A DNA stretch of 64,000 bases from Gemmatimonas sp. (GTDB lineage: Bacteria > Gemmatimonadota > Gemmatimonadetes > Gemmatimonadales > Gemmatimonadaceae), in assembly GCA_965279375.1 (NCBI GenBank), contig OZ257156.1:3968001-4032000 (forward strand), read 5' to 3'. The position numbers and the translations under genes were made by a program. Positions 48,800 to 58,943 of the stretch are shown here, piece after piece. The notes under the pieces were generated by a model, which did no database searches, was not told where the DNA came from, and worked only from the letters and a program-made list of their open reading frames with translations. Each line of letters begins with the position of its first letter. The first letter of the stretch is position 1.

Positions 48800-49177
48800 C
48801 TACTTCGGGCGCTCGCCAGCGAGTTCGGCGATACGTACCATGGCGCGCGCGGCGCGTTCCTCGAGTCGCGAAGGCGTCTCCGAGGCCGCCTGAAACGCAT
48901 ACGTGATCAACGCATCCACCGCGAGCAGATCCAATGCGGTGCCACGCGAGGTGGAGCCGGAGGCCAGCAGCGCCTCCAGCATGCGCTCGCCCGCTTCCAT
49001 GCACGCTTCCGGCACGGAGGCTGCGGCCTGCCCCGCGAAGGGCGCCAAGGCGGCGCTGAGGCGTTCTGCCAGCGCCGGCGGTGGTGGCGGCTGCAATGAC
49101 GACAGCCACCCGCCTACCGTGTCTGCGACGGGAGCCCCGATCGACGGTGCGACGTTCTCTGCCATCGTGTCGCTCAC
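48800..49177 (-). CDS. Hypothetical protein
   Basis: GTG overlaps the alaS stop (GTGA); helical, contains ALDLLAVDALITYAF. Confidence 0.65.
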   Translation of the reverse strand: MSDTMAENVAPSIGAPVADTVGGWLSSLQPPPPPALAERLSAALAPFAGQAAASVPEACMEAGERMLEALLASGSTSRGTALDLLAVDALITYAFQAASETPSRLEERAARAMVRIAELAGERPK

Positions 49178-51957
49178 GCCGCGCTGGTCAAACGTGCGAC
49201 GATGTCAGCCGTCGCCGCCAGCGCCGCGTCGATCTGGGCGCCTTCGATTCCCGCCTGCGCCATGTGCGGCTTGCCGCCGCCGCGTCCACCCACGGTCGCT
49301 GCGACATCACGCACGATGATATCCGCACGCAGGCCGCGATCGCGGACGTCGTCGGTGGACACGGCCAGCAGCGCCCCCTTGCCGTCGGGAAGCAGGGCGC
49401 CGAGCACCGCGATGCCGCTGCCGAGCGCTTCGCGGACCGCGTCGCCGAGCGCCTGCAGGGCCTTCACGTCGGGCACCTCCACTCGAGTGGCGACGAGACG
49501 CACGCCGCCCTGCTCCGCCGCCTGGGCCGCGATCTGCTGCGCCTGGCCGCCTCCAGTGGCGCCGCCACGCATCGCCTGATCGAGTCGCTTTTCCAGCTGC
49601 TTCCGCTCCTCGAGCAGGGCGTCGAGCTTGCGCTCGATCTGCTCGAGATTTCCGGACGCGCCACCCATGGGCACCTTGAGACGCGACGCGACGTGCGTAA
49701 GCGCGCGTTCCCGCTCGGTGAGGAACTGGAACGCCTTCGGGCCAGTGACAGCCTCGATACGACGCACGCCAGCGGCGACGCCGACTTCGGCGATGATACG
49801 CACCAGTCCGATCTCCGCCGTATTCCGCACGTGGGTGCCGCCGCAGAGTTCGACCGACAGCGTAGGAATCTCTACGACACGCACAACGTCTCCGTACTTC
49901 TCGCCGAAGAGCGCCATCGCGCCCTGGGCGACTGCGTCGGCGTAGGCCTCTTCACGAATCGTGACGGGTGCCGCTGTCCATACGCCAGCGTTCGCCCTCC
50001 GCTCGATCTCTGCCAACTGGTCGGGGGTCACCGGGCCGTGGTGCGTGAAGTCGAAGCGAAGGCGATCGGGCGAGACGAGCGACCCCGCCTGATGCACGTG
50101 TTCGCCGAGTACGCCGCGGAGCGCCGCGTGCAGCAGGTGCGTGGCCGTGTGATTGCGTTCCGTGTCGTGGCGTCGCTCGCGCGGGACCGACGCGTGTGCC
50201 GGTCCAAAGACGATCTCGCCCGACGCGGTTCCGATCGCGGCAATGCGACCGTCCAGCTTTCGGACTTCGGTGACATCGACGGACCATCCCGTCCCACTGA
50301 TGCTTCCCGTGTCGGAAACCTGTCCGCCGGATTCAGCATAGAACGGTGACTCGTGCAGCATGACGGCGACACGCCCATCGGGAAGGTCGCGAACGGCGGT
50401 GACGATTGTATCCACCTCAGTTGCCCCGTAGCCGACGAACTTGCCCATGGCCGCGGCGTGCTGGGCGTCATGGGTCCACTGCGTCGGATCGCCGAAATCG
50501 TCCGCGCTCACCGTGAGTTGGCGTGACTTGCGTTCCGCCTGCGACTGCTTGCGCTGCGCGGAGAGCGCTTGCTCGAAGCCACTGATGTCCACGAGGTATC
50601 CACGCTCGCGCGCCATCAGTTCGGTCAGATCGATCGGGAAACCGAAGGTGTCGTACAAACGGAAGACGTCTTCGCCGGCGATCGTCCCGCGAATCGCGGT
50701 GGAGCCCTGAGTCGAACCGAGGGGCGCAAGCTCTTCAAAGCGCGACATGCCGGCATCGATCGTCGCGAGGAATCGCTCCTCTTCGGCGCGCGTCGTTTCG
50801 ATGATGTGCTTGCGACGGACGTGCAATTCCGGATAGACGCCGCGCATCCTGTCGATGAGCACCTCGACCACGTGCACGAGTGTCGGCTCTCGGCGACCGA
50901 GCAACCACGCGTGCCGAACGGCACGTCGGAGGATGCGACGCAGGACATAGCCGCGGCCATCGTTGGACGGGAAGACGCCGTCGGCCAGCAGGAACGACAC
51001 TGCGCGCGCGTGGTCTGCGATGACGCGGAACGAGGCCGGATCGATTTCGCGACCGTCTGGGCCGGTGGCGGTACCGATGCCGACACCGGGACGGTACGGG
51101 TACTTGATACCGACGATTTCTTCCACGCGCGCGATGAGCGGCGCGAACATGTCCGTGTGGAAGTTGTTCGTGACGCCTTGCAGAACCGCGGCGATGCGCT
51201 CGAGACCCGCGCCTGTGTCGACTGACGGCTTCGGCAGCGGAACGAGCGTGCCGTCCGCCTGCCGATCGAACTGCATGAAGACGAGGTTCCAGATTTCAAG
51301 GAAGCGTCCGGCTTCAGCGCCCTCGACGAATGCGTCGAGGCCGTAGTCGTCGAGATCGGTGCGCGTCCATTCGCCGTGGGCGTCCTTCGGGAAGGCCCAG
51401 TCGGGGGCGATCTTGGCGAGATCGACGTAGATCTCGGTGCAGGGACCGCAGGGGCCGGTGTCGGCCATCTGCCAGAAGTTGTCCTTGGCACCGAGTCCGT
51501 AGATGCGGCTTTCGGGGACGTTGGCGACGTCCTTCCACAGCTGCCGCGCTTCGTCGTCTTCATGGAAGACCGTGACGCGCAGATGCTCCCGAGGAATCTT
51601 CAGCTCTTCAGTGACGAACTCCCACGCGAACTTGATGGCGTCGCGCTTGAAGTAGTCACCGAACGAGAAGTTGCCGAGCATCTCGAAGAAGGTGTGATGG
51701 CGCGCGGTGTGCCCGACCTGCTCGAGGTCATTGTGCTTACCGCCAGCGCGCACGCACTTCTGCGACGTGGTCGCCCGTCGATTGCCGTCGGGCGCGTCCT
51801 CCATGCCGAGGAAGACTTTCTTGAATTGGACCATTCCTGCGTTGGTGAACAGCAGGGTCGGGTCATCGGCCGGCACGAGCGAGGAGCTCTGTCGGATGGC
51901 GTGGCCGTTCTTTTCGAAGAAGGCCAGGAATCGGGCACGGATTTCGGTCGCGAGCAT
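49174..51957 (-). CDS. alaS: Alanine-tRNA ligase
   Basis: DPTLLFTNAGM, HHTFFEMLGNFSFGDYFK, GPCGPC, EIWNLVFMQ, HTATHLL, ELCGGTH, GGGKP. Confidence 0.98.
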   Translation of the reverse strand: MLATEIRARFLAFFEKNGHAIRQSSSLVPADDPTLLFTNAGMVQFKKVFLGMEDAPDGNRRATTSQKCVRAGGKHNDLEQVGHTARHHTFFEMLGNFSFGDYFKRDAIKFAWEFVTEELKIPREHLRVTVFHEDDEARQLWKDVANVPESRIYGLGAKDNFWQMADTGPCGPCTEIYVDLAKIAPDWAFPKDAHGEWTRTDLDDYGLDAFVEGAEAGRFLEIWNLVFMQFDRQADGTLVPLPKPSVDTGAGLERIAAVLQGVTNNFHTDMFAPLIARVEEIVGIKYPYRPGVGIGTATGPDGREIDPASFRVIADHARAVSFLLADGVFPSNDGRGYVLRRILRRAVRHAWLLGRREPTLVHVVEVLIDRMRGVYPELHVRRKHIIETTRAEEERFLATIDAGMSRFEELAPLGSTQGSTAIRGTIAGEDVFRLYDTFGFPIDLTELMARERGYLVDISGFEQALSAQRKQSQAERKSRQLTVSADDFGDPTQWTHDAQHAAAMGKFVGYGATEVDTIVTAVRDLPDGRVAVMLHESPFYAESGGQVSDTGSISGTGWSVDVTEVRKLDGRIAAIGTASGEIVFGPAHASVPRERRHDTERNHTATHLLHAALRGVLGEHVHQAGSLVSPDRLRFDFTHHGPVTPDQLAEIERRANAGVWTAAPVTIREEAYADAVAQGAMALFGEKYGDVVRVVEIPTLSVELCGGTHVRNTAEIGLVRIIAEVGVAAGVRRIEAVTGPKAFQFLTERERALTHVASRLKVPMGGASGNLEQIERKLDALLEERKQLEKRLDQAMRGGATGGGQAQQIAAQAAEQGGVRLVATRVEVPDVKALQALGDAVREALGSGIAVLGALLPDGKGALLAVSTDDVRDRGLRADIIVRDVAATVGGRGGGKPHMAQAGIEGAQIDAALAATADIVARLTSAA

Positions 51958-51993
51958 AGGCGCGGAAATATAGACGAGTCGCGCTCGTACGTC

Positions 51994-52719
51994 TCAGGGG
52001 TCGTCGGGCATCCGGCCAAGTTCGTCGAGGACCGATCGCAGCGCGGCGCCGCCGAAGCCACGCCGTTGGAGGAAGCCGAGTAGGCGGCGACGGGCCACGA
52101 CAGGATCGAGCGACTGCAGCGATCGCATGCGCTTCTCGGCGGCCGCTCGACAGGCGGCGATCTCGTCGAACCCCTCCTCAGCCACGGCATTCGCGATGGC
52201 CTGGTCGGCATCTCGGCCGCCAATGCCCTTGCTGCGGAGGGTTTGGCGCACGCGCGCGGGAGCGACACCGCGCCGAAGTCGCGACGCGGCTTCGGCAGCC
52301 GCTACCTCTGTGTCGACGATCAGTCCGGCCGACTCGAGCCGCTCGATCGCGAGTGCTACCAACGAGCGATCAGGCTCGCGGCGCCGAAGTCGCAGCTCGA
52401 GCTCGCGTTTGGTCTTGCGGCCGCGCGCGAGGAGGTCGACGGCACGTGCGACGAGATCAGAGACTGTCGCCTCGCGCGTGAGACGCTCCACGGCAACCAG
52501 GTCGAGCTGCGCTCCGATGCGCGTCGCGCCGGTATCGGCCAACGCGGCTACGCCGACGATGAAGGAGCGGCCATCGTTGAGCGTTACGGCGTAGCGCCCG
52601 GGTGCTCGCGGCGACTCCCGCAGCGCGGTCACCGTGAAGCTGTTTGGGCCGCTCTCGGGGGTGGGCGGAAAAAGAGCCGAGGGGCTACTCACGATGAGCC
52701 GTGGTGATCCGGGCACCAC
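51994..52719 (-). CDS. recX: Regulatory protein RecX
   Basis: LLARGRKTKRELE..L, RVRQTLRSKGI, RRLLGFLQRRGF; lies downstream of recA. Start uncertain. Confidence 0.88.
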   Translation of the reverse strand: MVPGSPRLIVSSPSALFPPTPESGPNSFTVTALRESPRAPGRYAVTLNDGRSFIVGVAALADTGATRIGAQLDLVAVERLTREATVSDLVARAVDLLARGRKTKRELELRLRRREPDRSLVALAIERLESAGLIVDTEVAAAEAASRLRRGVAPARVRQTLRSKGIGGRDADQAIANAVAEEGFDEIAACRAAAEKRMRSLQSLDPVVARRRLLGFLQRRGFGGAALRSVLDELGRMPDDP

Positions 52720-52781
52720 TTCTCACCGCAAGCCACCCCCCGGCTCGCTCTTTTCCGCGCATCCGACAGGACGCGCAGTTG

Positions 52782-53822
52782 CTACTCCTCCGGTTCGTCG
52801 GCTACGACGTCCGGATCGGCCTTGATGCCGAGCACGACCTTCACCTTCTCTTCGATCTCCGCCATCATCGCCGGATTGTCCTTGAGGAACATCTTGGCGT
52901 TTTCGCGGCCCTGGCCGATGCGCTGCGAGCCGTAGCTGTACCAGGCACCTGACTTGTCGATGATGCCGGAGTCCGACCCGATATCGACGAGCAGCGAGAC
53001 GTGGCTGATGCCTTCGGCGTACATGATGTCGAACTCCGCCTGCTTGAACGGCGGCGCGACCTTGTTCTTGACGACCTTCACGCGCACGTGCGAGCCGATG
53101 ACTTCTTCCTTCTCCTTGACCGGTCCGATGCGGCGGATGTCGAGGCGAAGCGAGGCGTAGAACTTGAGCGCCTTACCACCCGTGGTGGTCTCGGGGCTGC
53201 CAAACATGACGCCGATCTTTTCGCGCAGCTGGTTGATGAACACCACCGACGTCTTGGAGCGGGCGATCGCGCCGGTCAGCTTGCGCAGCGCCTGGCTCAT
53301 GAGGCGCGCCTGGAGACCGACGTGCGAGTCCCCCATGTCGCCTTCGATTTCGGCCTTGGGGACGAGGGCGGCCACAGAGTCGATGACGACGATGTCAACG
53401 GCGCCGGAGCGCACGAGGATCTCGCAGATCTCGAGCGCCTGCTCGCCAGTGTCCGGCTGCGAGATCAGGAGATTCTCGACGTCAACGCCGAGCTTCTTGG
53501 CGTATTCCGTGTCGAGCGCGTGTTCGGCGTCGATGAAGGCAGCAACGCCGCCGGCGCGCTGCGCGTTGGCCACCACGTGCAAGCACAACGTGGTCTTGCC
53601 GCTGCTCTCGGGGCCGTAGATCTCGGTGATGCGGCCGCGCGGAATTCCGCCGACGCCGATCGCGGCATCGAGATTGATCGCACCTGTCGGGATCGACTCA
53701 ACGCGCACTTTGGAATCCGTGCCGAGTCGCATGATGGATCCCTTGCCGCAGCTCTTCTCGATCTGAGCGACTGCGAGCGCCAGGGCCTTGCGCTTGTCGT
53801 CTGTCATCACCGTGCCTGCCAT
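52782..53822 (-). CDS. recA: Recombinase RecA
   Basis: [48 protein letters not shown]. Confidence 0.99.
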   Translation of the reverse strand: MAGTVMTDDKRKALALAVAQIEKSCGKGSIMRLGTDSKVRVESIPTGAINLDAAIGVGGIPRGRITEIYGPESSGKTTLCLHVVANAQRAGGVAAFIDAEHALDTEYAKKLGVDVENLLISQPDTGEQALEICEILVRSGAVDIVVIDSVAALVPKAEIEGDMGDSHVGLQARLMSQALRKLTGAIARSKTSVVFINQLREKIGVMFGSPETTTGGKALKFYASLRLDIRRIGPVKEKEEVIGSHVRVKVVKNKVAPPFKQAEFDIMYAEGISHVSLLVDIGSDSGIIDKSGAWYSYGSQRIGQGRENAKMFLKDNPAMMAEIEEKVKVVLGIKADPDVVADEPEE

Positions 53823-53908
53823 GATACCGCCGTCGTGAGGGGTGAAGCCGCCATGCCCTGGCTCGAAAAAAAATCTACCGGAAGCGCGAGCAGGACCAAG
53901 ACCCGAAC

Positions 53909-53937
53909 AAAGTACGAAGAATACGCGATGTGGACAA
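53909..53937 (-). promoter_or_regulatory. Sigma70-type promoter of recA
   Basis: TTGTCC-17 nt-TACTTT on the minus strand. Confidence 0.65.
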
Positions 53938-53947
53938 CTGGCAATTT

Positions 53948-54319
53948 TCAGGTCAAGGTGACCGAAAAGGCGTCAGGAATGTGGCGAACTCGGACGTTTC
54001 TGCCGGAAATCAGCACTCCGACGACGTCGAATCGGTAGCGGAGCTCCGGCGTTCCATGTCGATCGGTCCAGATTTGGGCGCTCCGGATCAACTCTCGTCG
54101 TTTGCGGGCGTGGACCGCTTCGATGGGGTCGCCGAACGCGTCGCCGCGTCGTGCCTTCACCTCGATGAAGGCGATGAGATCGCCGAGTTGCATGATGAGA
54201 TCGAGATCGCGATGTCCGCTGCGGAAGCGATGTGCAATCAGCGTCCAGCCGAATTGCTTGAGGAAGCGATAGGCGATGCGTTCGCCGACGAGTCCGAGAT
54301 GTTGGCGCGCCTTGGTCAT
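53948..54319 (-). CDS. yraN: YraN family (UPF0102) endonuclease-fold protein
   Basis: [30 protein letters not shown] at 54319. Confidence 0.9.
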   Translation of the reverse strand: MTKARQHLGLVGERIAYRFLKQFGWTLIAHRFRSGHRDLDLIMQLGDLIAFIEVKARRGDAFGDPIEAVHARKRRELIRSAQIWTDRHGTPELRYRFDVVGVLISGRNVRVRHIPDAFSVTLT

Positions 54320-54459
54320 GGGCAGAGTGTAGCGACGACTTTGCCGCGCGCTGGTACCGAAATCGTGCAGCGTGTGCCGCTTCATTGCTCGGGGATCGTG
54401 CGAGCCGCAATTTGGCCGGGTCCGTTGCATTCGCCTTCCGCGTTTCTCTTTCCTACCGC

Positions 54460-56943
54460 ATGCGCCCATCCCCGATAGGCACGGCTGTCGCGTTCGCCGT
54501 GTTCGCTGCGACGATGTTCGTTGCTGCTCGTCCGACTGGATCTGTCCCGGCACTTGGTCCTCTGCTTGATCCTGGCCGAGGAATCTGGAGCAGCGTGACG
54601 ACGGCCGAGTTGCCGGCGGATGCGTCGGCTGGAATAGCGGGGTTGTCTGGCGAGACGCGCGTCGTGTACGACGATCGCGCGGTGCCGCACATCTTTGCCC
54701 CGAACGTGTTGGATGCGTATCGCGCGTTGGGGTACGTGGTGGCGCGCGATCGGCTGTTTCAGCTTGAAGTGCAAGGGCGCGCGGGGGGCGGAACGCTGAC
54801 CGAGTTGGTGGGAGCGCGCGCGCTACCGGTAGACAAGGCGACGCGTGCTTCGGGAATGCCGCGTTCGGCGGAGCAGCGTCTCGCGAAGCTCGATACGACC
54901 GGCGCGTCGTGGCGGTTGATGCGTGCTTACGTGGACGGCGTCAACGCGTACGTGGACGATTTGTCGCCAGCGGCGTACCCGATCGAGTACAAGCTCCTTG
55001 GCCGTTCGCCAAAGCATATGCAGCCGATCGACGTTCTGCATTTGTTGAATCGAATGGGCTCGACGCTGGCCACGACGAGCGACGAGTTGACGCATCTGGA
55101 GGCGAGTGCGCGTGTGGGGCGTGCGGCGGCGGAAGCGTTGTTTCCGGTGCACTCGCCGATCGTTGAGCCGATTCAGCCGAATGGGCAGAGTGCGCCGCGC
55201 TTTGATCCGGTGACGATTCCCGGCCCCGGCGCGCCGGACACCAAGGCACTCGCGATGCTCGGCGCGTTCGGTCCGCACGGTGGCGCGTCATTGCTCGCGT
55301 TTGCCCCGGAGCGCAGCGACGACGCGATCGGGAGCAATAACTGGGCGGTGTCGCCGGCGCGTAGCGCGAGTGGCAAGGCGTTGCTGGCCGGCGATCCGCA
55401 TCTCGAGCTGACGCTGCCGTCGATCTGGTACGAAGTCCACATGGTCGTGAAGGACTCGCTCGACGTGTACGGCGTGACGATTCCAGGCGCGCCCGGCGTT
55501 GTGATCGGGTTTACGAAGTCGGTGGCGTGGACGTTCACGAACACTGGCGGCGACGTGATGGACTACTACGTCGAGAAGGTGAATAACGCCGACGCGCCGA
55601 CGAGCTACCTGCTGGATGGTGCACCGACGCCGTTGGAGCTTCGTGTGGAGCAGTACAAGTCGCCGACGGGCAGCGTGGTCGGCACGGATACGCTGCGATT
55701 CACGCATCGCGGCCCGATGCGAAAGGTCGGGACGCAGTGGGTGTCTGTGCGCTGGACCGTGCTCGAGTCGATGCGCGTGCTGGAGGGCTTCGAGGCAGCG
55801 GCGCGTGCGCGCACCTCCGACGAACTGCTCGATGGCATGGCGAAGCTGTACGAGTCCCCTGCACAGAATATGCTCACGGCCGACACGGCGGGTACGATCG
55901 CGATCCGTTCCACGGGTCGGTACCCGATTCGGCCGGGCGACGCGCGCGGCGACTGGTTGCACGACGGCAGTGTGCGCGCGAGCGACTGGGTGAGCAATTG
56001 GCCGACGAGCGATTACCCGCAATCGTTCCGGCCAGCGCAGGGTTACCTCGCTTCGGCGAACCAGGAGCCATTCGATCCGAAGGCGCAGCCCAACTATTTC
56101 GGTGCCGACTGGGAGCGCCCGTGGCGCGCGATGCGCATCAACACGCTCCTGCGCGCCGACAGCGCGGTGACGCCAGATGCGATGCGGCGATATCAGTCCG
56201 ATCCCGGCAGCGCGCGTGCCGATCTCTTCGTGCCGGCGCTTCTCGCGGCCGCATCAAAAGTCTCGGACGCGAAGACGACCAAAGCGGCTGCACTGCTCGG
56301 CGAGTGGGATCGTCGGTACACGCCGGACAATCGTCGGGCCGTGCTCTTTGAAGAGATGATGTCGCAGCTCTCAAAGCGCCTGTGGGATGAATTCCAGACG
56401 GACAGCGCGTGGAATCCCATTCCCAATGACATGATGACCGCCGTGTTGCTGCGCGATTCGGCGAGCGTGTGGTGGGATGATCGCCGCACACCCGCGAGCG
56501 AGTCACGGGATGCGCTGCTGGGCGCGGTGATGGCGAGCGCGCTGGACAGCGTGACCGCCAAGCGCGGCGATCCCGCGTCGGACGGCTGGCGTTGGGACAA
56601 GGTGCGTCACGCGAACATCATGCACCTGACGCAGTTGCCCGCGTTCTCTCGTCTCGAAGTGCCTGTGCAGGGAGGGAACGCGACGCTGTGGCCGTCCACC
56701 GGCAATGGCCACCATGGTCCAAGTTGGCGCATGGTGGTGGAGATGAGCTCTCCGCGACGTGCGTGGGCCACCTACCCCGGCGGTCAGTCGGGGCACCCGC
56801 TCAGCGCGCACTACGATGATCGCATTGACGGTTGGTCGCGTGGCGCTTTGGATACGCTGCGGTTGCCGGAACGCGAAGACCAACTCTCGGGCCCGTCGCA
56901 GCGCGCGCGGCTCGTGCTGACACCGGCCAAGGGAGCCCGCTAA
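54460..56943 (+). CDS. Penicillin acylase family (Ntn-hydrolase S45) protein
   Basis: YDDRAVPHI, GYVVARDRLFQ, GSNNWAV (catalytic Ser), GDPHL, SANQ, PGGQSG; N-terminal signal or anchor. Confidence 0.93.
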   Translation: MRPSPIGTAVAFAVFAATMFVAARPTGSVPALGPLLDPGRGIWSSVTTAELPADASAGIAGLSGETRVVYDDRAVPHIFAPNVLDAYRALGYVVARDRLFQLEVQGRAGGGTLTELVGARALPVDKATRASGMPRSAEQRLAKLDTTGASWRLMRAYVDGVNAYVDDLSPAAYPIEYKLLGRSPKHMQPIDVLHLLNRMGSTLATTSDELTHLEASARVGRAAAEALFPVHSPIVEPIQPNGQSAPRFDPVTIPGPGAPDTKALAMLGAFGPHGGASLLAFAPERSDDAIGSNNWAVSPARSASGKALLAGDPHLELTLPSIWYEVHMVVKDSLDVYGVTIPGAPGVVIGFTKSVAWTFTNTGGDVMDYYVEKVNNADAPTSYLLDGAPTPLELRVEQYKSPTGSVVGTDTLRFTHRGPMRKVGTQWVSVRWTVLESMRVLEGFEAAARARTSDELLDGMAKLYESPAQNMLTADTAGTIAIRSTGRYPIRPGDARGDWLHDGSVRASDWVSNWPTSDYPQSFRPAQGYLASANQEPFDPKAQPNYFGADWERPWRAMRINTLLRADSAVTPDAMRRYQSDPGSARADLFVPALLAAASKVSDAKTTKAAALLGEWDRRYTPDNRRAVLFEEMMSQLSKRLWDEFQTDSAWNPIPNDMMTAVLLRDSASVWWDDRRTPASESRDALLGAVMASALDSVTAKRGDPASDGWRWDKVRHANIMHLTQLPAFSRLEVPVQGGNATLWPSTGNGHHGPSWRMVVEMSSPRRAWATYPGGQSGHPLSAHYDDRIDGWSRGALDTLRLPEREDQLSGPSQRARLVLTPAKGAR

Positions 56944-57281
56944 TGCCGATTGTTCGCCTGCTCATGCTTGCCGCCGCGATGGGCGCGGCCACGCAGTTCG
57001 TCGGATGGATTGCGATTCCGGCGCTCGCGGCCGTGTACGCGCTACTGCGTCGCCATCAATCCGCGCCGCGCGAGGCGATGTTGGCCGCGTTGGCCGGATG
57101 GCTGTTTCTGATCGGCCGACTCATGTCGTATCCGTCGTTCACAACCCTGCTCGATCGCCTGGGCAAGATCTTTCCGCTGCCGGGTATCGGCGTCGTCGCG
57201 CTCACTCTCGTGCTGGGGATGATCCTGGCGTGGAGTGCCGCACGCGTGGTCACTGGCGTCACCGCAAAAACCGAGAGCTGA
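56943..57281 (+). CDS. Small membrane protein (3-4 TM)
   Basis: ATG overlaps the acylase stop (TAATG); strongly hydrophobic. Confidence 0.75.
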   Translation: MPIVRLLMLAAAMGAATQFVGWIAIPALAAVYALLRRHQSAPREAMLAALAGWLFLIGRLMSYPSFTTLLDRLGKIFPLPGIGVVALTLVLGMILAWSAARVVTGVTAKTES

Positions 57282-57284
57282 ACC

Positions 57285-58910
57285 ATGACTGGTCTTGCCA
57301 ACAACTTCACGCGACGCGTTGCATCGATCGCGGCGCTAGCGGTATCGAACGTGTGGATGCCCACGCTCGCCTTTGCGCAGCAGGAAAAGGTCGACGCGCC
57401 GATGGTCGCTCGCATTCGCGAAGAAGGGATGTCGCGCTCACAGGTGATGGACCACATCAGTTGGCTAGCCGATGTGTACGGACCGCGCCTGACAGGCAGC
57501 CCCAATATCGAACAGGCGGGCGCCTGGGCGCAGAAGGCGATGCGCGACTGGGGTTTGGCGAATGTGCACGAGGAACGCTGGGCGTTCGGCAAAGGCTGGT
57601 CGTTGCAGCGATTCTCCGCGTCGCTGGTGGCGCCCCAGATGCAACCGATGATCGCGATGCCCAAGGCATGGTCGGCGGGCACGAACGGCAGCATTACCGC
57701 TGACGTCGTGCGGCCGGTGATCGAGAGCGAAGCCGATTTTGCGAAATATCGCGGCACGCTCCGCGGCAAGATCGTGCTGACACAACCGCTGCGTGCGGTG
57801 CGCATGCTGGACGGACGCATCGTGCTGCGCATGACCGACAAGGAGATCGCCGAAGCGTTGACCGAACCGGCGCCCGCCGCGGGGCGTGGCGCGGCAGCTG
57901 GCCCGCGCGCGGTTGCAACGCTGCAGCGACAGATCGACGACTTCTACAAGGCGGAAGGTGTCGTTGCCCTCCTCGATCGCGGCGCCGATGCAGACTCCTC
58001 GGCGGGCGGCAGCGACCTCTCGTGGGTAACTCAGCGTACGGATGGCGGCACGATCTTCGTGGGCGCTGGCGGCACGCGAGACTCGACGGCGGGCAGCGGT
58101 TTGCCGCAGGTGACGCTGGCGGTCGAGCACTACAATCGCATGCTGCGCATTCTGGACCGCAAAGTGCCCGTGCGCGTGCAGCTCGATATCGGCGTGCAGT
58201 TCTTCGACGAGACGACACCGCGCGGCTTCAACCTCATCGCGGAAATTCCTGGGACCGACACTGCGCTCAAGGACGAGTACGTACTCATCGGCTCACATTT
58301 CGATTCGTGGCACAGCGGCACCGGAGCCACGGACAACGCGACCGGCAGTGCGGCGATGATGGAAGCGATGCGCATTCTCAAAGCGATCGGCGCCAAGCCG
58401 CGCCGCACGATCCGCATCGCACTCTGGGGCGGCGAGGAGCAAGGACTGCTCGGCTCGAACGCGTACGTGCGCGAACATCTGGGCGACGCGCGCACGATGG
58501 CGCTCAAGCCTGAACACGCGAAGCTGGTGGCGTACTACAACATCGACAACGGCACCGGCAAGATTCGCGGCGTGTGGATGCAGGGGAACAAGGCGATCGA
58601 GCCGGTCTTCCGAGCCTTCACCGCGCCCATGGCCGACCTCGGCGTCAACATCCTCGGCCCGCGCTCCGTCGCCTCCACCGACCACGGCCCATTCGATGCG
58701 CTGAGCATCCCCGCGTTTCAGTTTGTGCAAGAGCGCTACGAGTACAACTCGCGCACGCATCACTCCAACATGGACGTGGTCGATCGCGTGCAGCCGGACG
58801 ATATGAAGCAGATGGCGACGGTGGTGGCGACGATGGCGTACCTCACGGCGATGCGCGAGCAAGCGCTGCCTCGGAAGCCGGTTCTGGCCCCGCGTCCTCG
58901 AGGGAACTAA
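57285..58910 (+). CDS. M28 family peptidase (carboxypeptidase Q-like)
   Basis: Signal peptide; GPRLTGS, SHFDSW, GATDN, GEEQGLLGS, NIDNG, TDH, HHSNMD. Confidence 0.92.
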   Translation: MTGLANNFTRRVASIAALAVSNVWMPTLAFAQQEKVDAPMVARIREEGMSRSQVMDHISWLADVYGPRLTGSPNIEQAGAWAQKAMRDWGLANVHEERWAFGKGWSLQRFSASLVAPQMQPMIAMPKAWSAGTNGSITADVVRPVIESEADFAKYRGTLRGKIVLTQPLRAVRMLDGRIVLRMTDKEIAEALTEPAPAAGRGAAAGPRAVATLQRQIDDFYKAEGVVALLDRGADADSSAGGSDLSWVTQRTDGGTIFVGAGGTRDSTAGSGLPQVTLAVEHYNRMLRILDRKVPVRVQLDIGVQFFDETTPRGFNLIAEIPGTDTALKDEYVLIGSHFDSWHSGTGATDNATGSAAMMEAMRILKAIGAKPRRTIRIALWGGEEQGLLGSNAYVREHLGDARTMALKPEHAKLVAYYNIDNGTGKIRGVWMQGNKAIEPVFRAFTAPMADLGVNILGPRSVASTDHGPFDALSIPAFQFVQERYEYNSRTHHSNMDVVDRVQPDDMKQMATVVATMAYLTAMREQALPRKPVLAPRPRGN

Positions 58911-58943
58911 CCGAGCGTCGCCGTCGACGCGGCTCGTGCCGCG

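Noticed and set aside
48723..49109. Alternative minus-strand ORF overlapping the 48800-49177 hypothetical gene
   Set aside because: Arg/Gly-rich and shadow-like; the 48800-49177 frame is coupled to alaS and looks like a folded protein.
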